NCBI GenBank assembly: GCA_001687465.1
Contig: LVLI01000278.1
Location: 62,001-126,000, forward strand
Reading direction: 5' to 3'
Length of the DNA stretch: 64,000 bases
Source of the DNA: Halocafeteria seosinensis
Lineage: Eukaryota
Shown here: piece after piece, positions 1 through 11,681 of the stretch
Layout: the number at the start of each line of letters is the position of its first letter
Position numbering within the stretch: the stretch's first letter is position 1
Translations under genes and position numbers: made by a program
The notes under the pieces: model-generated
Database searches by the model: none
What the model was told of the DNA's origin: nothing
Seen by the model: the letters and a program-made list of their open reading frames with translations, nothing else

Positions 1-237
1 GCCTGGGAAAGCTGGCGAGCCATGCCTTGGATCTGCTCCGGATCCTTGAGGACATCCTCTTGTTTTTCTCCCTTGTTTCCTCCTTCACTGGCGGGATCAG
101 CTACTCTTCGAAGTATGCTACTAGCAGTCGGAGGCTCTGCCCACTCATACGCTGCAAAGGAGGCGTTCAAAGTCAACAAGAGGGCCGTCATGAGTCGACT
201 GCACTTACCATTTTGTTCCTCCGAGTTCATCCTCATT
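1..237 (-). CDS. Possible 5' part of a gene running off the left edge (hypothetical protein)
   Basis: On the minus strand, ATG AGG ATG AAC TCG GAG GAA CAA AAT G is followed by a gtaagt donor near 208 and a tttgcag acceptor near 152. The spliced frame stays open to position 1. No recognisable domain. Confidence 0.3.
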
Positions 238-642
238 GGGTTCTACACATCTATGCCATTTCTCATGCCAGCAGATCGATACGACTGCCCACTGCGTAAC
301 TTGTTGAGCAAACGTCGAAAGAAACACAACCAATCTCGCTAATTCCACATCTCTGTCGCATGATAGGATTCCGCAGGGAGCAAGTAAGTTGAATGCCTTC
401 CAACAAAGAAAGAAAGCAGCCATCCAAGGATGTTATTCGTCGTAGTGATAGTAGGATGGATATACTAGAGGGTAATGGAAAGGCCCGATCGACAGATTTG
501 GGTATTGAGTCGTATATACTTCCTGTAAAGAATGGCGTTAAACGATTGACAAACTGGGTACATGGCTGACGTTTATATGATTTGGTGCCAAAACTCGATG
601 TCTCGTTTGTTAAAGCGCCTCCAGAATCGGAAGTAGAACAAA

Positions 643-1308
643 ATGTCTCTAGTGCAGGTACGGAAACAACGGGAGCACAAGGAAAAACTGAGAGAGGTAC
701 AGGAACGCAAGAAATTGGCCGCCATCAAAGCATCAACGGAACTCCCTGCAATCCACGTAAAAGACCATTTTACTAATGAAGACCTTGTTTTGAATACAGT
801 TCCCGCAGTGAGGCCTCTCTATGACGATAGGCAATCTTCACACGTCAAGTCAATCAAGAAGAGAATGGAAATAGCCGCCATGGATGATAGAATCAACAAT
901 GACCGCGGGTATTCTGCTTACAAGAAAGTTGATCCACTGAGTGGCGATCCCTATCCACGTACACTTATTGCTGACCCAATTCGAGCGGCAGAGGTCCAGA
1001 TTCTCAGAGAGAAACAAAAAGCAAAGATTGAGGAAGCAGAAGAGCGAGAGCGGCGTCGTGAGAAGCAGAGACGAGTAGTTCTACGGAGAACTCATCCCAA
1101 ATGGAGGCGCGAGTACGTAAAGCAGCAATTTGAAATCGAGAAAGAGCAGGTAAGGATCGAGTTTTGCTGCTGAGGCCATTATATCTCTTCTAGTATCCAT
1201 TTCTGAGGTGGGATTTCTTCTCAGACAAAAAGTGATTTAGAGCAGTTAAAGAAGGACTATGAGATGGAGCTTGCCACTAAACTTGTTGAACTAGGTCTCA
1301 TCAAGTAG
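643..1308 (+). CDS. Hypothetical charged/coiled-coil protein, two exons; start uncertain
   Basis: ORF 643-1149, intron 1150-1224 (gtaagg...ctcag), then an in-frame exon 1225-1308 ending LVELGLIK-stop. Confidence 0.6.
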
Positions 1309-2181
1309 CGAGTATAGGAAACTGTTACGATCGCGCATCAATGCTCCACAGTTTCTCAATAAGCGAAACGACAACAGATGGGAAGCACGCTTCAACACGC
1401 AGCTCACCACGTTCAAAATATAAATGCTTGCTATGCGGTAAAGAAGAGTTTGGAAACCAACGAAAGCTTCGGACTTTCCAGTACCACGGCATCATCGTTT
1501 AACAACTTCTGTCTATCGTCCTGAGACAATGTACCGACGGTACCGTGATAATTTATATAAAAATACTCTTGCGAAATGATCAATTCTGCGCACATACAGA
1601 CAACCGAATAAATGAATAAATTACTTTGGCCCTTTTGGAAATCCGTTCCTTGCCCTTGTTCCAGGCGTCTCATGCAGGGCGACCTCTAGGACCGACATCC
1701 CCTGCTTAGGCTCGACCACTAACTAAAGTCCATTAAGAGTTTTGATGTACCAGTCTACCAGTAGCGTTTCGAGTGCCCTGTTGCGGAACGTAGCTAAAGT
1801 TTCTGACCCAGCGTTTGAGGGTGAGTGTTCAGACGTCCCAGATAAGAAAAGAACAGTGAACATCCATCCTTCCGTCGCTGCCATATCAGGGGATACAACT
1901 TTTATTATTCGCTCCTCCCGGCGGTCCAAGCTTTTCTGGGATCCTGGGGAACCGAGGTAGCTTACCTCAGGTAAGCAGCTTACCGTAAGATTGAAGAGCG
2001 TTCGACTGTTTGAATTAGCAACCACCAATAATGAAGGGTGTATACAACTTTCTGGTGTACAAATCATACCAAATATATGTATATCCAATACACACAGTAG
2101 CTACAATTGATTTACATGATTCAAATGCCCGTGGGTACCGGCAGCCTGAGGCAGGAGCGTTGCCGCAAAGGAGGCAGGCAG

Positions 2182-2566
2182 CCTGGGTTCGGTTCTATAT
2201 GTGACCAGGATCCTTGCGGATCGGTGAATTGGCCCTTGAAATCCTTCAAATATTCCGAGTGTTAAATTCAACAACCCCTTGTTGGAATCTTAGTTAATTG
2301 TGTGACAAGTTGTCACATTGAGTTGTGTCATCATGTCATGGTGGCACACGATGGACCATCGATGATCGATGGTGCTGAAGCACTGCTAAATTAAAGCAGT
2401 GCTAATTCATCTTGTGATTCAAGTTGTGAACTTACCACGGATTAAGTTCACGCGCGCCACCCTCTACTATAGTTGTCCACCGTAGATTATTGTTACCATG
2501 CCCAAGTTCGTGATGGACTGTTGTTGATCCATGGTATAATTGGACAGTAGTTCTTTGTGCTTTTTT
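2182..2566 (+). ncRNA. Candidate structured non-coding RNA or palindrome array
   Basis: At least 8 adjacent inverted repeats, several with T-G pairs that only form on the + strand, followed by TTTTTT at 2561-2566. No ORF and no recognised RNA family motif. Confidence 0.35.
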
Positions 2567-2698
2567 ATGTGTGTGCGTTGTATAGCGCTGGGAAAGTCAT
2601 AGAAATCCTCTTCCCCAACCCTCTACACGGCTGGAAACAAGGGTCAAGATCTAGGGATAGCCCATATCTGACGCAGTATACAGCTTAATAGGGGAACA

Positions 2699-5600
2699 AT
2701 GCAATCAAATCTATCTTCAAACACTGCTAAAAAGCGTCTGGCTCAGCGTGGGAAAGAACTGGTAAGTAGGGTTTTTGCTTAACGGCTGTCCAGCAGCCCA
2801 AAAAGGAAGATAAGGGCACTGAACATATCCCCTGTTTTGTTATCAAGGGAAGTATTCACGGCCATGGGAGTGTATAATGAGGGTGTAAATTAGGCTTGCT
2901 ACCTCATCTAAGGCAGCTTCCTTCAGGCGCATTGCTTATCGCAATACGTGGTAATAACAGGGGGCACTAACTTCACAACGTTTGAATTGCAGTTCGCCAA
3001 CAATGCTGGAACTCGGTCGAAGAGTGCCCCTCATTACGGGGCGGAGAAAGAAAATTGGGAAGATTCCGGGAAACCTGGATCTGGGAACCGGAAAAAGCGT
3101 CAGCCGCTCCAGGAATGTCAGTCGAACACTGCCACTATATCTGAGGAGGGCAGCTCCACGCGACCTGGAGATCCTGCTGTTACGTTTCTCGACGTGGATT
3201 CCCACGGATCACCGACCGAGGATATCATGACGCCACTGCCGGGGAAAACAGAGATGCAAAGCCGCCGCAGCAGTCGCAAATGGAGACAGAATGTAAGGCT
3301 GGGTTCGATCTTTGGCCTAGAAACAGCTTCGATTAGCAACTGGATTAACGCAGATTCCTGCCCCGACGACACCGCGCACAAGTTTTCGTGAAGCATTAGG
3401 CGAGGATGATGCTGACAGTAAGCCTACAAATTGCGATTCCTGAAAATGAACATGCTTCGATTGGTTTCCGACTTCCAGATTTTGTGAACACAATTGCAAG
3501 GACTCCTGGTGCGAAACAAGGATTGGTATCAATGGACGAAATAATAGAACTGAGAGAGAAAATTGAAGATCAGGTGCGTCTACTCAACTTAAACAGACCA
3601 GGCATCCTTTGCATGTTGAATTTGTGAACGTTCCGTTGCAGGAACGAGACCTATCAGAGGAAAGTAATCCTGATATATATGAGAGTCTCGTTGACACCTA
3701 TCGCAGCATGGTTGCTCGACTATTTCGGTTGATGAAATCCCAACAAGCACACGTAGAGAACTTGAAAAATGCTGAACTGCAGCTTGCGGAAGAAGAACAA
3801 GCCGCATGGTCGGCGGAGCGCCGGAAAGACACGAAACAATCCCCCGAGGTGGCAAGGAATTCTTTGGGACTTGAGCAAGGGGAAGATGAAGCAAAGGAAC
3901 TTAGGCAGTGCAACGTGGAGCTTGAGGAGCAGAAGTCACAGCTTCAACGCGAGAAAGAAGAGTTAAAAGCACAAACTGACTCACTGCGAGAACAACTGAA
4001 TCGACTGCAAGAATCGCAGGATAAAGCAAGTGACCTTAAACGAAGCAACGCGAAACTATCCGAGCAGAATTCAGTGCTTCAACGGGAGAAACAGGAATTG
4101 AATGAACGCGCAAAATCTCAGGAACAGCAGCTAGATGAATATCGAGAATCGCAGAACGACGTAATGGAACTGAAGACAACCAACGCGGACCTCTCAGAGC
4201 GGAATGCAACCCTGGAACGCGAGAAAGAGCAATTAAATTCATACGCGGAGTCACTGAAGCAGCAGTTGCAAGAGTATGAGAATAAAGCAGACGGGCTGAA
4301 GAAAGACAACTCGGACTTGTCCGAACAGAAATCAGGGCTGGAAAGGGAGAAAGCCGAACTTAGGGAACAAGTTGCATCGCTGCAGGATCAACTTAATCTT
4401 CTGGAAACATCGGAGAACGAAGGTAAAGAGCTGAAGCAAGCTAATGCGGATCTTTCAGAGCAGAAGTCACACCTGGATCGCGAGAAAGAAGAATGGAGAA
4501 AACATGCAGAATATCTTCGGGAACAACTTAATCAAGAAGAAGATTTAGAAAATGACATGAATCAGCTAAAGCAGGCTAACGCAGACCTTGACCACCAAAG
4601 CTCCGTCCTTCAGCGCGAGAAACAAGGATTGGAAGATGAAGCGGCATCACTAAAGCAGCAACTTCAGGAGTCGGAGAATGAAGCAGAACAACTGAGAACA
4701 TCTAACACAGAGCTCAACGAGCAGGCACAGTCACTGAGGCAGCAACTACAACAGTCGGAGAATAACGTAAAGGAGCTGAGACAAACCACCAAGACACTCG
4801 CCGGAGAGAAATCTTCCCTACAACGTGAGAACGAGGAATTGAAAGACCACGCTAAAACATTGAAGCAGCAGATGGATCGACAGCAAGCAACAGAGATTGA
4901 AGCCAAAGAGCTGAAGCAAGTCAATGCTGACGTCACGGATCAAAAGTCTCTGCTTCAACGGGAAAAGGAGGAACTGAAGGCACAGAATACGTCGTTGCGG
5001 GAGCAATTGAACCGACTTCAAGATTTGGAGAATGCAGCAAAAGAGTCAAAGAGAGCCAACGAACAACTCTCCCAAGAGAAGTCTCGCGAAGAAAGCGAGA
5101 AAGAAAAATTGAGACAAGAAGCTGAATCGATGAAACAGCAACTGAAACGATTGCAAGACTCGGAGCAGAAAGCAGAGGAAATGAAACGAGCCAATGCTAA
5201 TCTTGAGGAGCAGAAGTCGCTGTTAGAACGCGAGAAAAAAGACTTGAGAAAACAGGTCGAATTGGCACAAGATCAATGGAATCGAGTGCAAGAGATGGAA
5301 AACGAGGCAAGTGAACTGAAAAAAGCCAATGCAAACCTTTCTGAACAGAAGTCTGTTCTGCAACGCGAGAAAGAAGAATTGAAAGATGCTATGGAGGAGC
5401 GTGCTCAAAGTCTTATGACACGGCCGCATACTTCGAATTATGGACGAAGCGAGGACGCTGTACGAAACGAAGAGCACGATCAAGACTCGTCCATGTTTGA
5501 GAACGCATCTCTTAAGGCAGAAGTAAGCTTTCTCAGAGAACAGATTTCTCAGTCGGGGTATTCCAGCCAAAACACGTCCGAAGAATTGGACAGTGTCAAA

Positions 5601-8600
5601 CGACGCAAAGAAGAACTGTCTCGGAAAGTTGATCAGCTTCAGCATGAGTTAAATGACAGTCGCTACAAAAATCAAAAGCTACAGCTCGAAGTGGACCAAC
5701 GACGGCGCGATATGGAAAATTTGAAGAGTTCCTGCTTAGACATGGAGCACAGAGTCCAAACACAGAATCATGAAATTAAACAGCTCCGGCAGGAACAATC
5801 GAAACAGACGGATGAATATCGGGCTTTAAATCGGAGTTACAGCACTCTTCTGGGTGAAAGGGATTGTCTAAATTCCATGGTATTGACCTTGCTAGAAAAA
5901 TATAACCAAAACCTCTCTAGTAGGATGCAAGGAGTTGCGGATGAGGTAAGAATTCCAAACACTCCGCGTAGGCAAAGTAATGCTGCTGCAATGACGCTCT
6001 TCACTAGTCCTTGGAGCGGAACTGAGCTATCTTCTCCGACGAAGTCTCAGAGGGAGAAGGGTTTTGTACCTTCTAGGGAGTCGCTTGAGGATGCACGACA
6101 TGCTCCAGCAGCTACTGAAGATGAGACCACCGGAGCAGATGTATCGCAGCGCAAAATTCAGGAGCTGGAAGAATCCCTTCAATCCAACAAGAACTTAGCC
6201 GAGATGCGTGCTCAGAAGATCTCAGCTTTGGAAGAGGAGTTGGGCATCCTTCGAGCAGAATCACAGCGTCGACATCAGCAGCGAGCATCCATAGAAGGCG
6301 AAATGCGCAAAATTGAAGACGAAAGAGACAGACTTTATGAAACTGTTGAGGAGACCAAAACTGAAAAAGGTGAGTTGGAGAAAAAATGCTCTACCTTAGT
6401 AGATTTGGCTAGCCGTCTATTCACAAGTTGGTCAAGAAGCGGGAACGCTGAGTGGGTATCGCGCTCATGTGAGAAACTAAAAGGAGAGGTAAACGGAGGA
6501 ACTGCTGAGACTCTTTCTCAATCATGCGAGAGCCTAAGGACGGAATTCTTCGCACAGAACAAAAAATCACAACACAACCAGCTCGTCCAGACCTCCGATG
6601 ACGAACTGAAAAGGAAGGAGCAAGAAATAGAGTGGCTAAGGAAAGAAATATGCGAACTGCAGTCTCGAAAGGAGGAAGAAATCAAACGCCTGGAAAACGA
6701 AATTGGTGACCTGAAATCCCGTAGAACAGAAGAAGTTGGTTCCATAAGGAAAGAAATTAATGACGTGAAGGCCCAAAAAGAGGAAGAAATGAATCGCTTG
6801 AGTAAAGAAATAAGAGACCTGGAATCTCGAAAGGATGGACAGATCAACCAGTTGAAAAAGGAAATAAGTGATCTGAAGTCTCAAAACAAAGAAGAGGTCC
6901 ATACTCTTGAACAGCGTAACTCTGAGTTGGATGAGGAACTGGAAGAGCAACAGCAGCAACAGGAAGAATATGAACACAGGGTCGAACAACTTAATGGTCA
7001 ATTAGAGGAGCTCAAGTCTACGTATGAACAGCAGATACCCTCATACAAAAAAGAAGTCCAAAGACTCCAAGCAGAGTTGCGGCAACAAATGCAAATAGAG
7101 GTTGAGTCACAGAAAAAGCTTGAGGAGCTCCGGAACATTGTAGACCAGCAAAGCGAAAGGCTACAAGAGTACAGCAGGCGCTCGACGATCAACGAGGACA
7201 TTCAGTCCATTGTTGCTGCTCTTAAAGATGATTACGCCCATATGGACAGCCAGCTCCGATTTTACGAAGGGAGGACCGACAGCTTAAGTAGCTCCCTTGA
7301 CGACACATCAAAGAAATTGCAGGAGCGTGAAAGAGAAGTTTCTTACTGGCGCAACCGAGCATGCACGTTTCAAGATCTATACGAGGCGACATCTCGAAAG
7401 AACAAAAACAGTTACATGGCTGCTTACGGGAAGTTGTGCTCTGTCTTACAGCAAGTGCTCGCCTTTATAGACACGCGAATCAATTCTTCTGATGATGACA
7501 ACGTCACCACTACCGACGCCGATCAGGACCGGGAGGACCGAAGCATTACTCGAGCTGCAGGAGAGGAGACGTCCCGGCTACTGCGTAGGCTGCTCGTACA
7601 TCGCAATGGAGAAGTAGAGTTATCGTTTAGGAGCGGAAATAAAAATTCTCCCGGCGCAAGTTCTATTTCTGAAGATAACCAAAACGTCTCGCATCTTGTA
7701 CGATTCCTTTCCAACAATGGGAATGAAGGAAGCTCATTGTTGCTTAAGATTGCCCAACTGGTTAGAAAGGGACTGGCTGATGCAGGAGAAGTCCTTGGAG
7801 CGAACTCAGAAGCTGAGACTGGCAAAGCCGAAGATGAGCTTAATGGTGGCGCTCATGACATGCCGCAACAACCTAGTGATATGAATATGGCTGCTTCCGA
7901 CTTCTCCGATACGCTTAGCTTACGTAGAGAACTCGAAAATATGCGGGCTGAGCTAAATTTTGTCAGGGAATCCAAGGAGGCCTTGGAGGAAGAGTTGCGA
8001 TCCAAGGAAAATCGTTATCGACAAAGAGGTATGACTCTGCTTTCTGAGCTTCATTCAGTAATTGAACGCTGCCGTCAGAGCAGTCATGATGAAGAGGCCA
8101 AGATGTCCGATCAACACCGCATCGAGCAGCTTCAGTCTGAACTTGAAAAGACGAAGGCTTCGGAAACGATGGCGCAAAAACGCTGCGAAGAGTTAGAAAA
8201 CGCCCAGGCTAAGAGACGATCCAACGAAGAGGAAACAGCGGATTATAGTGATTCAGATGATCAGAGCGTTGACTTTTCTTGCATAAGCATGTCTCTGAAC
8301 GAGTGCGTTAGCTTAATTAAAGAAAATCTCTCAAAGGTTTTCAATTCTAGCAAGTTGTCCAAACCAAAGAAGGAATTCGTGCGCCAAAGTCGCTCGCTGG
8401 TTGACAGGGTGTTGGAAGAGCACCACAGAGTTGTTGAGGAAAAAGATAATGACGTTGCGTCGAAGGAGCGCCGTCTAAAGGAATTGGAGGAACAAATCGA
8501 AGATGCTCAAAGGAAGTACCGCAATGCTCGCCGGGAAAAGCAGCAATTGAAGGAGCAAAATAAACGCACGGCAACCATGTCGAATGATTTAAAGAGTCAG

Positions 8601-9647
8601 TATGAAGAGACTATTACAAGCTTACAAAAACAGTTGGACATCTTCCGTGAGGACTACAGCCAGATTCAGGAAAGCGTCGAGAAAAAGACGAAATCTATTC
8701 ATAAATACCGCAAAGCGGTTCGTGCCATGATGTCGGTCGTAAAACGAGAATGTGGGCGGACGATAATCAATATGCTTCAAGAGAAGCTTCAAACGCTTCG
8801 AGGAGCGGACGATGACTTTGTACATGAAAATGATTCCTTTCCTGGTGTATCAAGAGATGATATAAGTCCAAAGGAAGAACAGTCAAGTGTTAAAAAATAT
8901 GGCGAAGATAAAAAGTCTGGCTACGGGGCAAGAGTATCATCCAGTAGACACAGAGTGGAAGATGGGCATAGGAGACCTAGAACCCGGCGTTTCGCCCAAG
9001 ATTCGGATGAAGAAACGGAAAAGACTGAAACGAAAGACAAGCACAGCACTAATTCTAGTTTGTCGGCCGATCAATTTCGGAAAATGCTACGGGAAACTGC
9101 TAAACGGGAATCGGCACGTACTTCGGAAAACGCAAAGCGAATTGCTGATGTAGCCTCCGACAAAAGACGCGACGTCGCTGTGAACCACGCCTCAGAGAGC
9201 CGTACTCAGTCGCTTCCTCCCAAGCCCCAGCGACGGAAAGCTCAAACTAAACCCTCTCCAAAACAACCTTCAAAGTACATATCCCATTCAGATGATGAGG
9301 ACCAAGGTTTTGAACACCGCCGACCCAATGTGGCGGAAGCGTCTCCAATGCGTGCCCAGTATCGGCAGCGTGCTGTTGGTGGCTCCACCACAAATAATAG
9401 CCGTTGGTTTGTGGAAAGTGCAGTCCGTCAAGCACAAGAGGCTTCACGAGCCGCTTCTCAATACAATCTAAGCAATCGTGAGGATGCATTCGAATACACC
9501 GCAAACGAAGCTCCATCGACACCCAAGAATTCACGAACGTTAGACGACCAATGGAGTGAAGTGCCGTTGGCAAGTGAACTAACGAAGCAGTTCGCCAGCG
9601 CTGGAGCAGCCCTACGTGCCAGGTCACAGCAACAAGGTTTCGAGTAG
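2699..9647 (+). CDS. Giant (~2200 aa) coiled-coil protein, centrosomal/golgin/cytoskeletal type
   Basis: Exons 2699-2761, 2993-3292, 3354-3417, 3479-3573 and 3642-9647 join in frame via GT-AG introns. The product has long heptad-rich E/K/Q/L tracts and a disordered C-terminus. The first exon is less certain. Confidence 0.8.
3891..5400 (+). repeat. Intragenic tandem repeat, ~12 units of mostly 45 aa (some 42 or 28 aa)
   Basis: Consensus AKELKQANADLSEQKSxLQREKEELKxQAESLREQLNRLQxSENE recurs in the translation. Confidence 0.9.
6615..6938 (+). repeat. Intragenic 18-aa tandem repeat, ~6 units
   Basis: KEQEIEWLRKEICELQSR / KEEEIKRLENEIGDLKSR / RTEEVGSIRKEINDVKAQ / KEEEMNRLSKEIRDLESR / KDGQINQLKKEISDLKSQ. 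Confidence 0.85.
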
Positions 9648-10035
9648 TTGTTTATTTTACTGTTATTTGTCTAGCATTGACGCGTTATTGCATCCAGTTG
9701 AAATAGTAAGTTGTCGTGTACTACAGGTTTAGTACCCATAGTTGCACTCTTGGATTCTCGAAGAATATACAGGACCCAAGACTTAACCATAATTTCACTC
9801 GAAAAGCATGTGCTTTTCCATGTGCATTACCCAAAATCCCAAAAAAAGTTGTCATGTCGATTGGTCATCATGTCGTGTTTCTCGACAATACCAACCTTGG
9901 CTCGGTCCCGCTGCTTCAGCTAAAAAGGGTAGTCCTTCCAAATCCTGGGATTGTAAACCAGTTCATTGTTTTCTGTCTTGCCAACCTCACTATTGACGAC
10001 TGAGTCTTTGTTGTGCGTGGTGTAATAAGGAAAAC

Positions 10036-10658
10036 ATGTCATCCTCTGCACACAGTGGTGCTGGGGATTCAGAAGGGGGTGGCAGACCGAATAAGTCCCC
10101 GGATAAAGAAGGTTGGCTGACAAAACAGAGTAAGAGGATATTGTCCCCCTGAGAATGCGTATACTAGGGCTCTTATTTGTGTGCGTGTATGCAGGCCATT
10201 GGCTCCGGGAATGGCGGCGGCGATACTTTGTGCTGATGGGGAACCAATTATTCTTTAAAAAAGACCCCAAGGTAATGATTTGGAGCTTCTCTTGCCGTTG
10301 ATACTCTGGTAGAAGATCATGAGGGCAAGAATGTATCTGCAGGACCAACCTCATGGTGTAATTAACCTCACACAATGCTTGACAGTGAAGAGCGCGATGG
10401 AGAAGACGGGCAAGAACCACTCATTCGAAGTGGCCACGCCGGATCAAACATACTTTATGTACGCCGATAGTGAAACAGATAAAGATGATTGGATTGGAGC
10501 CATTGGAAGGTAAGATAAGTGAAAAGAGAGAGAGCGAATGGACAGAGTGTGTTCGAAGTTTTTGTTGTTAGTCCAGGGCTATTGTTCGATATTCAAACTC
10601 TTACAAAAGAAATGAGTCAGCTGACGAAGAGAGTGATGTCAGCTCAGATGATGATTGA
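10036..10658 (+). CDS. Small single pleckstrin-homology domain protein (plant PH1-like)
   Basis: Four exons give KEGWLTKQSHWLREWRRRYFVL...PHGVINLTQCLTVKSA...FEV...YFMYADSETDKDDWIGAIGR, a classic PH signature. Confidence 0.9.
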
Positions 10659-11091
10659 GCTCTAGTATGGTAATGGCGGAACAAGACATAGGATGAATAG
10701 GGCATCCGATAAATATGGTGGTATGGAGTGGGTACTATTGAGCGATTGTATACCGGCAAGCTAACATGTAGCTATTTTGCACGAATACTCTATTGACAAG
10801 TACTAGGCAAGGTCTATTGTTTCGTTCTTTGTCTTTTGACGATAGCGCTTGGTTCGAACGAGCGTCATGAGTATTTCGTTAGTATCTCTCTTACGCTCAT
10901 GAACTCTTTTTAGGTCCGTTTTAAGTGTTCTCTCCGATTGGCTACCCGTTATTGCATGAGCATTTTCAATATACGACTGTTTATTCGCCAAGGCCCAGAC
11001 TTCCCTCCGCCATATACAATCCCTGTTATGACAAGCCTTGTTCTCACCTCATGTTGTCCATTTGGCCGGCCTGAATGTGGATGTGGCTAGG

Positions 11092-11522
11092 CTAATGTAC
11101 AACGCTCTTGAGAGGATTAGCTTTGATTTCTGACAAGTCTGTTTGGGCATCCACGGCTTCGTCCATCTCCCCAATGGCAGCTCTGTCTCCACACACGCAA
11201 ACATGATACTGGGATAATGCGTTGATCCAGCGGGGACCGCACTGCATACGTACAAGTTGTCACCGCGTATGATATAGAGTCCTAAAGGTACCTGTTCCAC
11301 GCCCTGTACGGGGTCATAAGTGCGCTCTGTACAATCTTCCAGAATCACGTTTACTGTTTGATCAAAGCCTTTCAGTGTACCCTGTCATCAATGCATACAA
11401 ACAAGACTAATACAACTCCTGTTATTCGCGTCTCAGGGCTGTGGACATACCACGATATGGCGGCCATCATTGGTAATAGCGCTCACAGGTCGATCCACTA
11501 AGCCTCGCAAAAAATCCGCCAT
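11092..11522 (-). CDS. LSM8: U6 snRNA-associated Sm-like protein LSm8
   Basis: Three exons: ITNDGRHIV|GTLKGFDQTVNVILEDCTERTY...VEQVPLGLYIIRGDNL...IGEMDE...DLSEIKANPLKSVVH-stop. Confidence 0.92.
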
Positions 11523-11681
11523 TATACAGAGAGACTACCCACAATTTATATATATTTTTTAGTTTTATTATTTATTATTCATGAGGTATTGAGGTCTTTT
11601 TAAAATTTTTCAATCCTATTGTATTACTGCAAACTACCTCCCGCCTAGCTAACTTTAGTAACCTAGCCCAGAGTCAAAGGC

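Noticed and set aside
1431..2088. Minus-strand ORFs 1431-1673 and 1723-2088, plus palindromes at 1538-1547 and 1960-1976 and a C(UUCG)G hairpin near 1462-1478
   Set aside because: I could not build a consistent spliced model or recognise a domain. Isolated short palindromes are expected by chance.
2270..2780. Telomerase RNA template candidates (caacccc, tagggttt)
   Set aside because: Neither gives the ~1.5 telomere-repeat permutation a template requires.
3698..9627. Many antisense and alternate-frame ORFs over the coiled-coil gene (also over 46494-48193)
   Set aside because: These are shadow ORFs produced by E/K/Q codon bias on the coding strand.
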